The notes: generated from the letters alone by a model not told the origin. A stretch of DNA of 64,000 nt from Syncephalis fuscata S228 (GCA_025786725.1 JAHLTZ010000034.1:186001-250000); one strand, 5' to 3'. Counted from the stretch's first letter, positions 10,757 to 27,446 are shown. Program-made: numbers and translations.

Positions 10757-11709
10757 TTACGTTGTATACGCTGTTCCAGGCGCACCAAGACATTCATCCA
10801 TGCGTACAATTTTTTTCCCTAAAGATTCTGCGTAACGAACTACCCTTTCAACATAGGCAGCATTTGTTGCAGCATGAATATCATGCTGTAGCCCAATAAA
10901 CGAGGCATCCTTTGGTGCACTTTTCATTGCATTAAAATAGCTTTGAAATGAAGCATCGCTGTCCGTTGGATGCTTCCTGTAATAACAATAATAATAATGG
11001 TTTGTGTTATGTTAATTACAGTGTTACAAGTAGATGAAAAAACTTACCAATCATTGGTATCTACATTCCAAATGATTATTTTGTAATTGAGATCATTGAG
11101 CACGTTAAAAGCAAGATCATTGAGTCTGCCATAAGGCGGTCTCATGTATTGGGGGCGAACACCAATGATGTCGTACAATACGTCATTGAGCAAATTCATT
11201 TCGTTTTTGATTTCCATGGCGTTCAGCCTTCTAAGATCGTGGTGTGAGAACGTATGTGATGCAATTTGATGTCCTGTATTAAACGCTTTTTTGACCAGTG
11301 ATGTTTCTGATGGCCGAGTGATATCCATATGTGTTTTGCCATTGACAAAAAATGTTCCTTTGACGCCCAGTTCATTCAGCTTGTCAATGATCCCTTCTGT
11401 ATTCTAATAAATCAACAATAGAAAATAGGTTAGTTATGCCAAATGTTGCACTTATTATAATATTACATTGCCTGGTCCATCGTCAAATGTCAATGCTACA
11501 ACGTTGGGTACCTTACATTCATACCAAACATACTGAACCCATCTAGGTTCTTCCATGAAATAATTCGCAACAGCTATTAGAATATACAGTCCTGTTGCCA
11601 CAGTAAGTAACAAAGTTGTATATTTTAAATATCCTTTGTTATAAATAAAGCTTTTTTGGTTAGCGTTGCTTTTTTTATTGCTTCGCGCTATTTCTTGATG
11701 GAACTTCAT
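10757..11709 (-). CDS. Polysaccharide/chitin deacetylase (CE4, NodB domain) with N-terminal membrane anchor, 3 exons
   Basis: Exons 11709-11467, 11403-11048, 10976-10757. All CE4 motifs are present: TFDDGP, HTFSH, RPPYG, DTNDW, LQHD. Hydrophobic segment at aa ~30-51. Confidence 0.92.
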
Positions 11710-12130
11710 GGTTAGAAAGCGTATCTGACAACAACTAGAGCAAAAGGAAAAGAGATAACTAACTGCACTGCACCGTGGGATGGACTTGGCTATGGGTTTA
11801 TGCTAATGTGGCAGACTATCAAATTACGTGGGTACATTTTTGTGCATCTCATTAACCGCTGGCCTTTGTATAGGCCTGTACCACGGGTATTAATGGACGT
11901 ATTTGGTATATGTCATCCGACTCAGTTCTAATTTAGTTATTACTGATTAGTAATTAATAAATAGTGCACATGTTTAAAGAGAAAAAATATTGTTTAATGC
12001 AAGTGTATTAGGTGAACAGAAAATAAGGATTTTGACCTCGTAATAATGAATAAATGGATTTAGTCATAAAAACTAAATGATAATAATAAACAGCAGAAAA
12101 TGGTGCTAATATGGTGTAAAATACACAATA

Positions 12131-14947
12131 TTAAATGCAGGCTAGAGTAACCTTGCCACGGCATTGTTTAAAGGCGTTGTTGACTGCATCATCGTCCGTC
12201 AATGGAATGTTTGTGCCATCTGGACAACGGAATACCAATGTGCGTCCAGCAAGTGCTTCGGCCGGCAACTTTTCACGAATTAGTGATCGGAATACAGCTG
12301 CTTTCAACGTGCTATAGTCAGCATCCTTTTTAACACGGAAGCGAACTGCTTGTGTCGTTTCATCTTCAGTAATGGACTGTGATGTTAAGCTTGATTTGCG
12401 AGTATAATTAACCTGCTTATTAGCATCATTAGCAGTGGTGGAGGAGGAGGGTACAAATGCTGCTGCAGCTGTAGCCGCCATAAGTCGTTTGCGTCGATGT
12501 GCTTCAAAGCCACTCGTAGCCATCTTCAAATTGTTATCAAAGGTCAGACCAACTGTGCTAGGTGTAGTCTTTGTTATCGACAATCGTCTATTGCGTTGAG
12601 TAGATTTGCGTGGTGGTGCAGCCTTTGAAGCTATAATAATCGAGCTTGGTCGTTCAACGGTCACTGGCCTTTGTGACTGTTTATATTTTAAAGCGGCTAC
12701 AGTTGGCGATGGTGACAATGGCACAGCAATAGCCTCAATAATCGATTGAGCTGTATTAACTGCCGTCAATTGAGCTGGATCGATATTGCAGAGCGGCTCA
12801 TTGCTAAGAATAGTTTCAAGTTTTGTAGGAATAGATGGCCGACGTCCTTGAGGTAGTCCCGTTACAAAAGGCTTAGGCTTTGAAATGTAATGCGATTTCA
12901 TACCAACTTCTTCCATCTGTTCAATAGGTGTTTGGCGCCAACGTGCCTGCTTGGGTGGTGGACCAACAACCGGTACAGAACGAGAACGGCGGTGTTCACG
13001 CGGCTGAGCATAGGAGATTTCACAGCGAAGACGAAGTTCACCATTGCATAGCTCAATCTCTTTGCTTAGTGTACGATCACCGAGTACACGCTTTGGTCGA
13101 CTATTTTCAGATGGTATTGTCCATATCATAATGCGGCTATCATCGGCGTCTCTTTCAATAAAGTTACGCTTGCGTAATTCAAAATCAATAACATCATACA
13201 ATGTAGCGTAATCAATGTCAAACGGTACAAAAAGCTGCAGCGGCTTTTTGAAACGCCACTGCACAACGGATATCTTCAAAGGAACCTCATCAATACTAGC
13301 TATCGATTGAACGGTACTGGGTCGGCTGCTTAATGAAATGGCAGTATGTGTTAATGGCGTCAATAGCTCTTCAATTGTTGTCCCTGGCTCACGATTCTTT
13401 AGTGGCGCATATAAATCCAACAAGTCAGAAAATTCTGTGGACCGTGTGGCGGCCGAATTTGGCAAAGACATAGAATCGCCTTCGTATGAATCGACAGATG
13501 ATCGGTCCAATGAAGAGTCGGACATTTCAGCTGGTAGCGCCTCCATGGGCGCATCGGCACTATCACTTTGCAGTGCATGTACTGTTTTATTGTCTTCTTG
13601 TAAACTAGGCACTGGCGGTAATTCCTTATCAAGCGACTTTATCGTAAGATTAGGCTGGCTTTTAGTAGCTTGCTTCAGATTACCAAGAGGTGGTGATAAG
13701 TTGTTGATGTTACCCTTTTCACTAGTTAGGTTAGAGCTGCTATGGCTGCTAATACTGCCGCCAATATTGCTTGGTACTGACGGTGCGCCATTGATTGAGT
13801 TCCTTCTTGACACAAGCTTGAATTCATCTAGGCCTAAATCGATATCAATCGATATATCATCCAAGTATGAATAGTTGCCAGCAACTTCTGGTACATTCTG
13901 AGATGCAACAGAAGGCACAGTAGGATTGTTAAGCGCATTAGTTGCCCAAGCGATGCCATCATTTGAATTTTGTCTAAATAGATTATTGCTTGCATCGTCA
14001 ATGGGCCGGCTTCGGTGCAATGCACGTGCCAAACGGCCACTAATAGCATTAAGCGAATTCGGCTTAGTATGAATGGCCAGCATGGTTGCTTCGCCACGAC
14101 GTAATCCTGTAATATCGGCTGACGATACAACAAGCTGAGGGAGCCCAATCTTGTTGGCTTGAACATAACGACGTGAACGATTGTTACCGACACCTTGCCC
14201 GTTGGTGGCTGACATCACGGTCTCACGGTGCTTTCGTGGCCGAAGTAGCATGCTGGCTCGCTGCATCCACGGCATTGGCTCATTGTTTGCCGATTGAGAG
14301 CGTCGGTGCGCCCTTAGGCTTGGATGGTCAACGTTACGCTGGCTCGACGATGCGTCGTCACTGCCATTGTTAAAAGCAACACAATTGCCGCTTGCCTGTA
14401 AATCAGATGGCCAGATACCGAAAAATTCCATTGAAGGACGTGCATCCAACACTAAAACAGGTAGTTTCAAAAGACCGTCCACAAACTGTTTCAAGTCATC
14501 CTGGATGTTTGGTAACGAGAAGTTGTCCCCCGGATCATTACAGATGGTCGTATCAGCTAGTCTTGAAATTTGTTGCAATAGCGCTGAATTGTCGCTGAAG
14601 AAAGCACAGAGTAAACAGCCATAGGAGCGGAAATCCATAAAACGACGACGAATTGTGTAGCCACGAGGTCCCGACTGTGACGGAGATGATGTCAGTTTTG
14701 TAGCATTTTCCTTCGCACTTGGTACAACACTAAATGTGAACCAAACTTGGTCCAGTGGCGGTGACGCTTGATTGCTGCCAATAATCTCGTATTTTCCCTG
14801 CTGTATATCAGCAAAAGGGCCGTTCAAGGTATCTGATACCGAGCCGTGTGAAGATGGAGGTGACTTTTCATGCATCATCGACTTGGATGCAGCACTTTTA
14901 GCGATAGTAGTAGTAGTAGTAGTAGTAGTAGCAGTAGTATAGGCCAT
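12131..14947 (-). CDS. PX-domain protein with two PB1-like domains (~938 aa)
   Basis: N-terminal PX signature (WFTFSVVP...YTIRRRFMDF...LKQFVDGLLKLPVLVLDARPSMEFFG), low-complexity linkers, and internal and C-terminal ubiquitin-fold/PB1-like segments (IPLTDDDAVNNAFKQCRGKVTLACI). Confidence 0.75.
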   Translation of the reverse strand: MAYTTATTTTTTTTIAKSAASKSMMHEKSPPSSHGSVSDTLNGPFADIQQGKYEIIGSNQASPPLDQVWFTFSVVPSAKENATKLTSSPSQSGPRGYTIRRRFMDFRSYGCLLCAFFSDNSALLQQISRLADTTICNDPGDNFSLPNIQDDLKQFVDGLLKLPVLVLDARPSMEFFGIWPSDLQASGNCVAFNNGSDDASSSQRNVDHPSLRAHRRSQSANNEPMPWMQRASMLLRPRKHRETVMSATNGQGVGNNRSRRYVQANKIGLPQLVVSSADITGLRRGEATMLAIHTKPNSLNAISGRLARALHRSRPIDDASNNLFRQNSNDGIAWATNALNNPTVPSVASQNVPEVAGNYSYLDDISIDIDLGLDEFKLVSRRNSINGAPSVPSNIGGSISSHSSSNLTSEKGNINNLSPPLGNLKQATKSQPNLTIKSLDKELPPVPSLQEDNKTVHALQSDSADAPMEALPAEMSDSSLDRSSVDSYEGDSMSLPNSAATRSTEFSDLLDLYAPLKNREPGTTIEELLTPLTHTAISLSSRPSTVQSIASIDEVPLKISVVQWRFKKPLQLFVPFDIDYATLYDVIDFELRKRNFIERDADDSRIMIWTIPSENSRPKRVLGDRTLSKEIELCNGELRLRCEISYAQPREHRRSRSVPVVGPPPKQARWRQTPIEQMEEVGMKSHYISKPKPFVTGLPQGRRPSIPTKLETILSNEPLCNIDPAQLTAVNTAQSIIEAIAVPLSPSPTVAALKYKQSQRPVTVERPSSIIIASKAAPPRKSTQRNRRLSITKTTPSTVGLTFDNNLKMATSGFEAHRRKRLMAATAAAAFVPSSSTTANDANKQVNYTRKSSLTSQSITEDETTQAVRFRVKKDADYSTLKAAVFRSLIREKLPAEALAGRTLVFRCPDGTNIPLTDDDAVNNAFKQCRGKVTLACI

Positions 14948-17038
14948 TTTCACGTAAATAAACGCAAATTATAACATATATTTGACTACAGCGTGAGCGT
15001 CAATGTAATCTAGAGTAAAACCAAGAACCAGCTTGTAATAGTAATAGGACGCGTTCTTCAAATAAAAATAGATAGAACAAAAGAAATAAGCTGAAATAAT
15101 AGTAAAAAGGAGTTTTGTTTAACGGTCAAAGAGGCGAAGAAAAGGAACACCAGCAAATAGGTATACGAAATAATGGATACTGCCCAGCAGTCAAGAATAG
15201 AGTACGGAAGTTGAAAGAGTCAGAACTATGCAAAAATATTGAGAAAGAACACAAGTACTATAATGTGTGCACAATTCAAGAGATACCGATAATAAATGAA
15301 TTAAAAATGAAAGAAGTACTTCGATGCTAGCTGCATGTCATATGAACTATAACTACAACACCGAGTGCCGTGGTCCCGCTTTGCTTAGTACGGGGTAATG
15401 TTGTCGCAGCCGCACAGCGGCTCTCAATCACACTGTCTGTGACAAACAATATACAGGAAGTGTAGCAAAGCATGGAAACAATGTAAGAAGTTTTACTGAC
15501 AAAAAACTGGATCATAAGGAGTTTTATTACTTATTTAGGCCAGACAGATTAATAAAGAAAAAAGGGGAGACTGTTTCGCTAACAAGCCGCATAAGTGCAT
15601 AGCAATCCATACACGCGGTACTTGTCGATGGATCACATTATACAAGTGCTATAGTGGAATTAGTATTCTAAATATAACTTGCATGCTTTTACGTATCAGG
15701 AGCTAAACGGATGTTGCACAGTTATTTGATTTGTACATTCTAAACAATCGAGCTAGAGTCATTTGCCGATAATGGACATAAATACAAACATCGAACATTC
15801 TTTACAAAGTCTTCGTTAAATTACGAATCAATAAACAATGCTACTCCTAAGATAGTCACCATTCAAGGCTAACACGATACATTGCTACAGCCATTTTTAA
15901 GGGTCATTCGCTAGGATGCGTGTTTTTTATTCGACGCTTATTAATGCTAAATGATATAGATGATATAGATGAATGAGTTGGTTGACATTTACTTTACGTT
16001 TTCTACTTTTTTTCCACCATTCTCTACTTTTGCGCAGTAAATTTTTTTTTACAAAATCGATCGTAATGACAAGCCGATTAAATTGGTTTATGTTTAAATT
16101 ACTATTTGTCATTTGCATCCATTTTATTACACTTTCCGCTTTCACTTTGTCAGAGTTTGAATTTTGCCTGACTATTCACACGTCACATCCAATAACTAGT
16201 AAAAATGTGGCATCACAACTTTACAATAAGTATTTACCATGTGAATTGACATACAACATAACACATAAGCTATACCGATGTACATCATTATCGTTATCGC
16301 CATAATATGCCATTGCTATTATATTGTCACTATTATGCTAAATAAATATTTAGTATATAAACCGGCCTATTTTATTAATCAAATAAACACTATTTTAAAT
16401 TTCAATCCATATACCTGTAAAGCAGTGTAATACATGGATATGCAGTTTAAGCCAATGTTTAGCTGTTTAGTAAAGCCTATAGAATAATAATATAGAATAG
16501 GTAATTAAGCGGCTATATTACTGCTTGGCCATGCTGCAATATAATTATTAGTTAGATTACTAAACGATTAATGCTCGCATTAGAACAACAACTGCATTAA
16601 TAATAGGTACATTTAGTTATGTATAATATTGTGTAAAATATAAAATTAGCTGCAATCGTAGCAATAACTTTACATATAATTGAATAAATCTATGTTGACA
16701 AAATCTGTCATATGTGTTTATAACATAAATTGTCACTGTACATCAATATTTCTGCATACTAGATTGCTGTTATGCTTGTTTTAGCACTATAGAATGCCTT
16801 AGATTTACTTTACACCAAATTTCATTTTCAATATTAGAATCTTTAAAATTCTAAAACTTTGATTGCTCTTTGTTAACTAATTTATACGTAAATTACATTT
16901 TTGACTAATAGTATTTTGCTACTACCAAATAAGTGAATAAATTTATTAATTAAATAGCATATTTTATTATAATAGAGAAATGATAAAAAGAGAAAGGCAC
17001 ATTTATGTGCGTTGTGTAATTGGTGATGATTATAATAA

Positions 17039-18165
17039 TTAAATACAATGGAATACTAAATGGCTATTGCCCCCATCAAGGCAGTCATCGACTGCTTCAC
17101 GTAGTGGTCCATCACCACTCACAGTCAATTCACCGTGTGTGCCACGATAAACTAAAGCCTTGCCGGCAAATAACGTCTCGGGCATTTGACGACGAATAAG
17201 TTCGGCCCAAATAGATGCACGTAATGATGCGTACTCAACATTACGCATTGCCTGTAACAAAAAGTGTTGTCTATCATCGAGTTGCACGGTAATGTCAAGT
17301 CGACTTGTATCTGGTGCTTGTTTAGTAACCAATAAACGTGATTCAGAACGCATTTTGTGTAAAAGACGACGTGCACCACTTGTTGGTGCTGCTTCTTCGC
17401 TTGCTGCTGCAGTGGCTGTATCTGTCCCTTCTGCTTGATCGGCCAGTGCCGCTTCAGCCTTTAATTGTTCCTCTTCCTCTACTTGTGCTTGTCTTAATTG
17501 TTCAAGGAAGCTACGCTTGTTCTTTAGCTTTTGGGCCTTGGTTAATTCTTTCTTCTTGCCATCGGCCGGTTCCATATTGGTTTTGCTCGATAGACGTGGT
17601 GGCGGTACTACCGTAACTGATTCAGCCACCATTGCGTCCGCTGCTACTGAGCCATGATTAGTGGATGATGTAGCAATAGCCGTTGCTGCAGTAGTAGTAG
17701 TGCCATCTGTCGTTGTAGTCTCTGCAGCAGTATTGCTTGTATCTCCTTCTGAAGTACCCGCTTTATTGCGTGCCATACTCATCAAACTATTGGCACGGCG
17801 AATGCTGAAACTACTTACAAATCCACTCGCAGCCGTTTGGAATCGCGTCTTAAATGTGCTATCATTACCATCAACGGCCAACGATTGATTATCGGTATCA
17901 TTTTGTTCTTTGTTTGACATGAACGAAAAAGCACTAGAGAAGCTACTTGTCATTCGATTAGCAACTCGATCCTTTGGCTGTTCTGTCACCGCTGTAGTAT
18001 TGTCACTAGTTGATAACGAATCCTGAGAAACATTATTTAATCCAAGCTTGTGTGCAAGATCTGGATCCATCCATGGAGCAGTCAACGAAGGCGATACAAT
18101 TGATGAATCAGCACTAGCCGTACGTGATACTGGTGTAATTGTCAATGTAATATCTTCATTGTCAT

Positions 18166-18200
<35 letters not shown>

Positions 18201-21200
18201 ACAGCATTAGACGGTGTAGAGATGACTAGTGTTGGTTTAGTAGCTGGCTGATTAGCCAATTCAGCCGTTGATTTGTCAATATCAGCATTATTTGGTAACA
18301 CTGCAGCTGATTCAAGTGTAATTGATGGGCGACGATCAGTAGATGTTACTAATTCTTGTTTATCACCAGCTACATCCAGTGTATTGTTAACAGTATTCGA
18401 TTCTAATACAACATCTGATGGTAACATCGTTTCCTTATTCAATGTATTCATTACATCTGATTCAATAACAGTAGCTACATCTTGATCAATGGACACAGGT
18501 ACATCAATCTTTACTGTAGTAGCTTCTTCTTCTTCTTCTTCATTATCTACTTCTTCATCGTCATAAATGTAACTTTCAAGATGTTCTGAAAGACGATACC
18601 ATGAATTGACAGGTGGGGAAACTGGTGTTTCTGGTGTATCCATTTCCAGTAATGGAATACGTGATGGTGGTGCCAACGCTGATTGCTGTGCCGATGTAGA
18701 TGACATAAGTGAAAATGAACCACGCGGTAAACTCAATTGTAACTGTTCAATTAACGCCGGTGTTAATGGCACTTCACTATTAGATGGAATGGATACTTTT
18801 CGAATAGTTGTCGCCTGTGGTGGTGATGCAGGTGTTGGTTTTGTGGCATTTAAATCCTTCATGGCCTCTTCCATCAATGTCGTCTTTGTTTCTTCTAAGC
18901 TGTCATCTTTAGTAGGTGGCATTGGTAATGGTTTGGTCTTATTCGATTGATCTTCACTTCGATTACTAGAAGTTGACTTGGTGCTATTACTATCACTTGA
19001 TGTAAATGCTGATATAATTTTGGCAAATGCTCCTTTTCCCTGGCTACGTTTTGGTGGCAATGGTGATGGTGGCAATGGCTTATTTTCAGTAGGCTGCGAT
19101 ATTTCAAATGATGGTATAGTTGGCAAATCTGCATTAATATCCTTTCCCGCATTTGCAGTAGTAGTAGTAGTAGTAGTAGTAGCTGGCTTATTATTACTAG
19201 TGGTCTTTGAGCAATAAAGTGCAATTTCATCATTTGTAACTAGTGCCATAACACGTTGAAGTGCATTATCATTTACTACACGAATAGGTTGACCATCTGG
19301 CTGATTTGGATCATTGCATAGTAATAAACGTCCACTCATGCGTTCAGCCAATCCAGGAATACGCGACACTTCTTTCCATAGTGCATTGCGTAATTGTGCA
19401 AATTGTGCATTACGTACTAAGCGTAAACGTACTTCGCGTGTTGAATCTACTCGTACAATAACAATAACATGTTGTGCATCAGATGATGACTGACTATGAC
19501 TGGGTCCATTGTTGACCGTTAAGTTGTTATTTTGACCATTGGTAACTAGCGCTGATCGTCTAGCATCTGTACCACCTCGCTGTGGAGATCTTTCTGGAAT
19601 AGGCGTAGCATGAATACTACCAGTAAATGAATTATCTCTTCTATGATTGCCAGCAGATCTAGAACGAGCCATAGGCACGCCATGGCCTCCATTAATTGTC
19701 AATGCCGCCGTCATAACTGTAATGGCTTCACTGCCCAAAGAGGCTGGCTGAAAGCTGTTTATATCGCTTTTACCCGTAAAAATAGATCCATTACTATTGG
19801 TCATTGATTTACGCCGAGTACCAATACTTTGTCTACGCTGTGAAGCATCAAATTTAAACGAAGCAGTTGACGAGGCGGCCGATGAGACATTAGAAGAAAG
19901 ATGTGGTGTTGAAAGATTGCCTAAACTTTGTACAGGTGAATTGCTACAGGACTCTCTATGGGCGGCTGCTTGAGCCAGGAAACGGGCCAATGTACTGGTT
20001 GATCCACTATTCGTTGATTGACCTCCTAGTGGCGAAGTAGTATTGGTGGACCGTTTCATTGAAGAAGGCAAGTATTGATCAAGTCCAGATGAATTGAGAT
20101 CGACTGATGAGTTGTTACTGCCCTTTCCCCTTCTACGATCACTGTTGTGATGTAATATATCGGCAAGAGACGGTTCTCCTTGAGGCGATGTTACATTATT
20201 TTGTTGAAATATGGCAGTAAAATCTGATAATAATTCACTATTCTGTTTGGTATCCAAATCCGGCAGCTTAAAATCAGTGGGTAGTCCATATGGCAATTGA
20301 GTATCTAATTAATGTATTTAGTGATTAGGTATATTTATATATATACATTTACCTACCTTCATTTGGTGTAGACATTTGATGCTGACCTGAAGAAGTACGT
20401 TTTATCGCTAGCGCTGATCCTTCAGAGCCACGTCGGCTATGACGCGAACGTCTACCGCCACTGTTACCACCATCATTACTTTCTTCATCACCACCTGATC
20501 GCTTGCCAGTAAATAAAGAGCTGACCCGTGTACGCACATGAGTAAATGAACGTACTTTACGCATACGTGCTTTGGATGGCTCTTCATCCGCCGATACATT
20601 ACCATTGTCTAGATTGGACAAATTAAAAGGTGGCAATAGTCCATGGCTGCCTCCACCGCTACTCATCAGTCCACGGTCACCTTCGCTACTTTGTCGACTT
20701 AATGAAATAATACCACCATTCGAACTGCCACTCTTAGAGGTGCGATGTCCTTGTGTGAATGGTTTGGTCTTTGACATTGGCTTATTGAGCATCTGTGCAG
20801 CATGTTGTTTCATCGCCGATCTAAGATCATTAAGCGAACGTGCTCGTTGATTGCGGGGTCGGCGCATTTGGTGTAAGGCCTGTTTGCCACGCAAGGATAG
20901 ATCGTCATCTGTGTGCCAGCGACCAAGAAATTCCATGACAGGCCGTGATGTCAGTACAATATGCGAGGTTTCAAATAACTGAACAAGAAATGTGCCTAAA
21001 TCCTCTTGTCGTTGTTCTTGCGTAATATTCTGGTCGAATTCATTGTCAAACGCCGCACCGATACATGTCGATAACTGGCGCAATAAATCCGAGTGCTGTT
21101 CAAATTCCTCGCACAGTTGATGCGTGAAACATTGAAAATCCTCATATCGGCGATAAACTGTGTACGGTTTACGCTGAAAAGAGACAGTTTGTGCATGCTT

Positions 21201-21377
21201 TATCACTGTGACCGGTTTTGGCTGGACTACCACCTGATACCAAACTTCCTCATCAATCAATTCATGCGTTACAAGTTGAGCATGCGACAGAGGCGGTGCC
21301 AGTTTAATGCCTTCATACTGCGCAGCAGATATGAGATCATCCCGATTGGACGTATTTGGACTTTTTGTGGTCATCAT
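17039..21377 (-). CDS. PX-domain protein with two PB1-like domains (~1428 aa, 2 exons); paralogue of 12131-14947
   Basis: ORFs 20349-21503 and 17039-20296 join in frame across GT-AG intron 20356-20305. PX motif YTVYRRYEDF...LTSRPVMEFLG. PB1-like segments end in IALYC and LVFHCI. Confidence 0.78.
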
Positions 21378-23338
21378 CTTGGCAATATAGAGTAAGTAAT
21401 TCGTACAAACGGTAGCGGTAACTATTTGAGTATTGTAAAGAAGAAGAATAAGTGTAGTAGTAATAAGAGTAAAAAGAATAAGCGATAAAAACGAAGCCAG
21501 CACTACAGTTTACAGTAGTATAAAACCAAGTGCTTAATAGAAGGAATAAACGTCACGTTTGACCAGTCAACGTGCTGTGTTAATAGTAAATAGTATTGCT
21601 GTATCAATTGATATGAAAGGTAGTATGCGAATAGTAGTAGAGTGTATATGATGTATAGTAAAGCGAACGTGTAAACGTGCGTAGTTTGTAATAGCAAGTA
21701 AATACCAAAACATCAAATAGAAAGCGGCAAATAATATGTCTGTACCATGTATATTCACTAGACAAAGACAATACAACAAATTTGTAATACGTGCACAAGT
21801 GCTAACAATTTGAACCAGGATATGGTTTAAATAAAAAATGCAACCAAATAATGGTCAATAAAGAAAACAGAAGCACGGCGATAGAAGAGAAGAACTAGAA
21901 CGAAAGCGAGAAAGAAGAAGTACGGCGATTGGTGAAACAAAGATGCCGTTCAAATGCTTAATTGTCGTTGTCTATGTTGTGTGTGTGTGTGTGTTATGTT
22001 GGTTGTACAGCACTTGACCGGTTTACGTTCTTCATATAGATTGAGTGAGTGTATGAGCGAGTAAGAGGAAATTGAGGCCACACTGTGTTGTCGTCTCCTT
22101 CAAATAGTCACTCTTCACTCATATCCACACCTTGTTGGTACAAGCATCACGGAGTAAACAACAATAAATAAATTCAAACTGAGTTTTAAATAAATTAACC
22201 ACACATTTGATCACAGTTTGACTTTACAAGGCGACCATGTGCACGCATATCGTACACATAAAAGTGCAGCTTGTTGTTTAAAAAGCCATGTGAATTGCAT
22301 CTGAGTGCTTCTTTATTCTTGAATCAAGTCGTATACTTACACCAAACAAGGGAAACCGTCCTTGTAATTAACGGTTACTTGCTTTGTTACTATTATGATT
22401 GTTATAACCGTTATTACTGTTCACCTTGTTGCTATTGTTGCATATTATTATTATTATTATTTATATAATTGCTATTATTACACATTATTGTTATTTGTAT
22501 TTATATTGTTACAAAACTAGTAATACAATGGTGAAACGTTGACCAGGCAAACGAGTAAGGAGAGAAATATAGGGGATAGTTTGGTCGAATGTTTTGATAT
22601 CAATCCAATAAGATTATTACTACTATTAATGGCAAGTAACTTTAAGTTTCAAGTACACCTCAAACCAACAAACTTATAATAAAATGCATAACTGTATAAA
22701 TTTAACAATAGTTAAATAAAATTGGTGTAAGAATATATATATTATTATTTAAGTAACAGTATGATGTATTTATAATATTGATAAAGCTCTAATAAAAATT
22801 ACAAAGCTAAAAAATCCCTGATGGAAAAAACAAAGCGCAATGATACAAAGCTTAAATTAAAACTCCGTTTATTGATGTAATTTAGTAAATATAAAATTAT
22901 AATTGCTATTATTACGCATTATTACAAACATTCACACGATAGAGTTTATTACATTATTATTGATATTCAAACAATTGTTATTATTACACAGTAACTGATG
23001 TTATCTAATATTATTTAATATATATTTGGAACAAAGTTGACGGAGATACAAATAAATCAAGTGATACAATGATGCCATATAATTTATACAGCAATTCATC
23101 CATTTGCCTCTATATAAAGATATTTATGCCTATTTAAGCAAGTAATTAAAAAAGACAAAAATGCTATTCTATGAATATGCCATCCAATGATAGTAATTAG
23201 ATATATGATCCACGGAAATAAAGTATAGAATGGCTAGTCATTTAAGTGTCGTCCTATAGTATAAATATCAATTAAGCACTAGCGGTAGACAAATAGATAA
23301 TTTCCTAGCCCGATGTTGGCTTATTACTATCCATTTGT

Positions 23339-26156
<2,818 letters not shown>

Positions 26157-26975
26157 CGATGGCCACAGAAGCTCACTCGCCCAATACTTATAATATAATC
26201 TTGTAGTAGTTCTGCTGCCTAATAGTAAGACAGGCCTCGCGCGCGTGCGCGTACAGATAGAAAGATAAAGAGATACTAAGAGGCGTCACGACAGGTGTAT
26301 ACGTCCACCACCACAGAACGGTAGAATAAAGAGAGCAACAGACTACTAATAAGTCATGAAATAACACGGTAAACACCTTCACAACTACTACTACTGTTGC
26401 CGTAGCCGTCGTGATTCTCGAAATGCTTTAAACTACAAGCAAACAGAAGATCCGTAAGGAGCGTGTAAGAGAGAGAGAGAAAGTTATTTGTGTGTTAAAG
26501 TGGCGTGAGTCCGTGTGTGTGTGTGTTTGTATTTGAAGAGATAGAAATCACGGATAATTTAGTCATCATATAAATATCGATTGGCCATGTTTTATTATTG
26601 TAATCCAATGTTTATCATTCAATCTATTTCACTAAATACCACTACTATTTACAAGGATGTTTTTTATTTTATTTATTAACTGATTAGTATTAATTATCAT
26701 CGTCATTATTATTACTGATTAGATCTATATATTACTATTTTTGGCTAGTTCATTAGATAGCTATCCTTGGTGACCAGATATATCATCTGATTGCCAAGTA
26801 ACTTCATATTATTGCGTTAATTACTTATCCAATTTATTGTGCTGCTTTAGCTACTGACATTATTAATCCTAGATATCATGCCGCCCTGTTAAGCAAATGG
26901 TTATAAATAGTAGTGCTATTTAACATGTCATTACACTTATTACATACAGGTCACAGCCTACTATTTGTATTAACC

Positions 26976-27186
26976 ATGCCTAAGAAAACCGATGCTCCCA
27001 AGGAACAACACGCCAATCCAATGGCGAAGGTGGATAAACATCGACCCAAAACCAAGGCTGACAAGAAGGAAGAAAAGGCGAAAAACAAAGCCAAAGTATG
27101 TTAAAATTGACATTTTGTAACCTTGTATTAACAATCGTCATACTATTAAATAGCGAGCCGAGAAACAAAAAGAGCGTATGCAATAA
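26976..27186 (+). CDS. Small Lys-rich protein (50 aa, 2 exons)
   Basis: accATG start, GT-AG intron 27096-27153, in-frame second exon RAEKQKERMQ*. Confidence 0.65.
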
Positions 27187-27446
27187 ATCATTTTATTAAA
27201 AACACTATTCGTATACATTTGTTTAAATGATTTGCTATATTTGAGTATATAAAACACTTATAATACCTAATTATAGAAGGGATTGTAATAATGGCACCAT
27301 CTATAGTACAATACGAACCGTTATTGGTTAGTCAATAAGGAAATACACGTCTCGCCTTTATCGATTCTACTACTGCTATATCCATAGCTTACTCTCGCTT
27401 GTATTTCTCGCCTGCTTCCTTCTTCCTCCGGTTTATTACTATCCGT

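Noticed and set aside
14904-19182. (TAG)n tracts encoding poly-Thr in the PX-PB1 genes
   Set aside because: Ordinary coding microsatellites in disordered linkers.
12135-21395. Many plus-strand ORFs inside the PX-PB1 genes
   Set aside because: Antisense shadows of long coding sequences, with no motifs.
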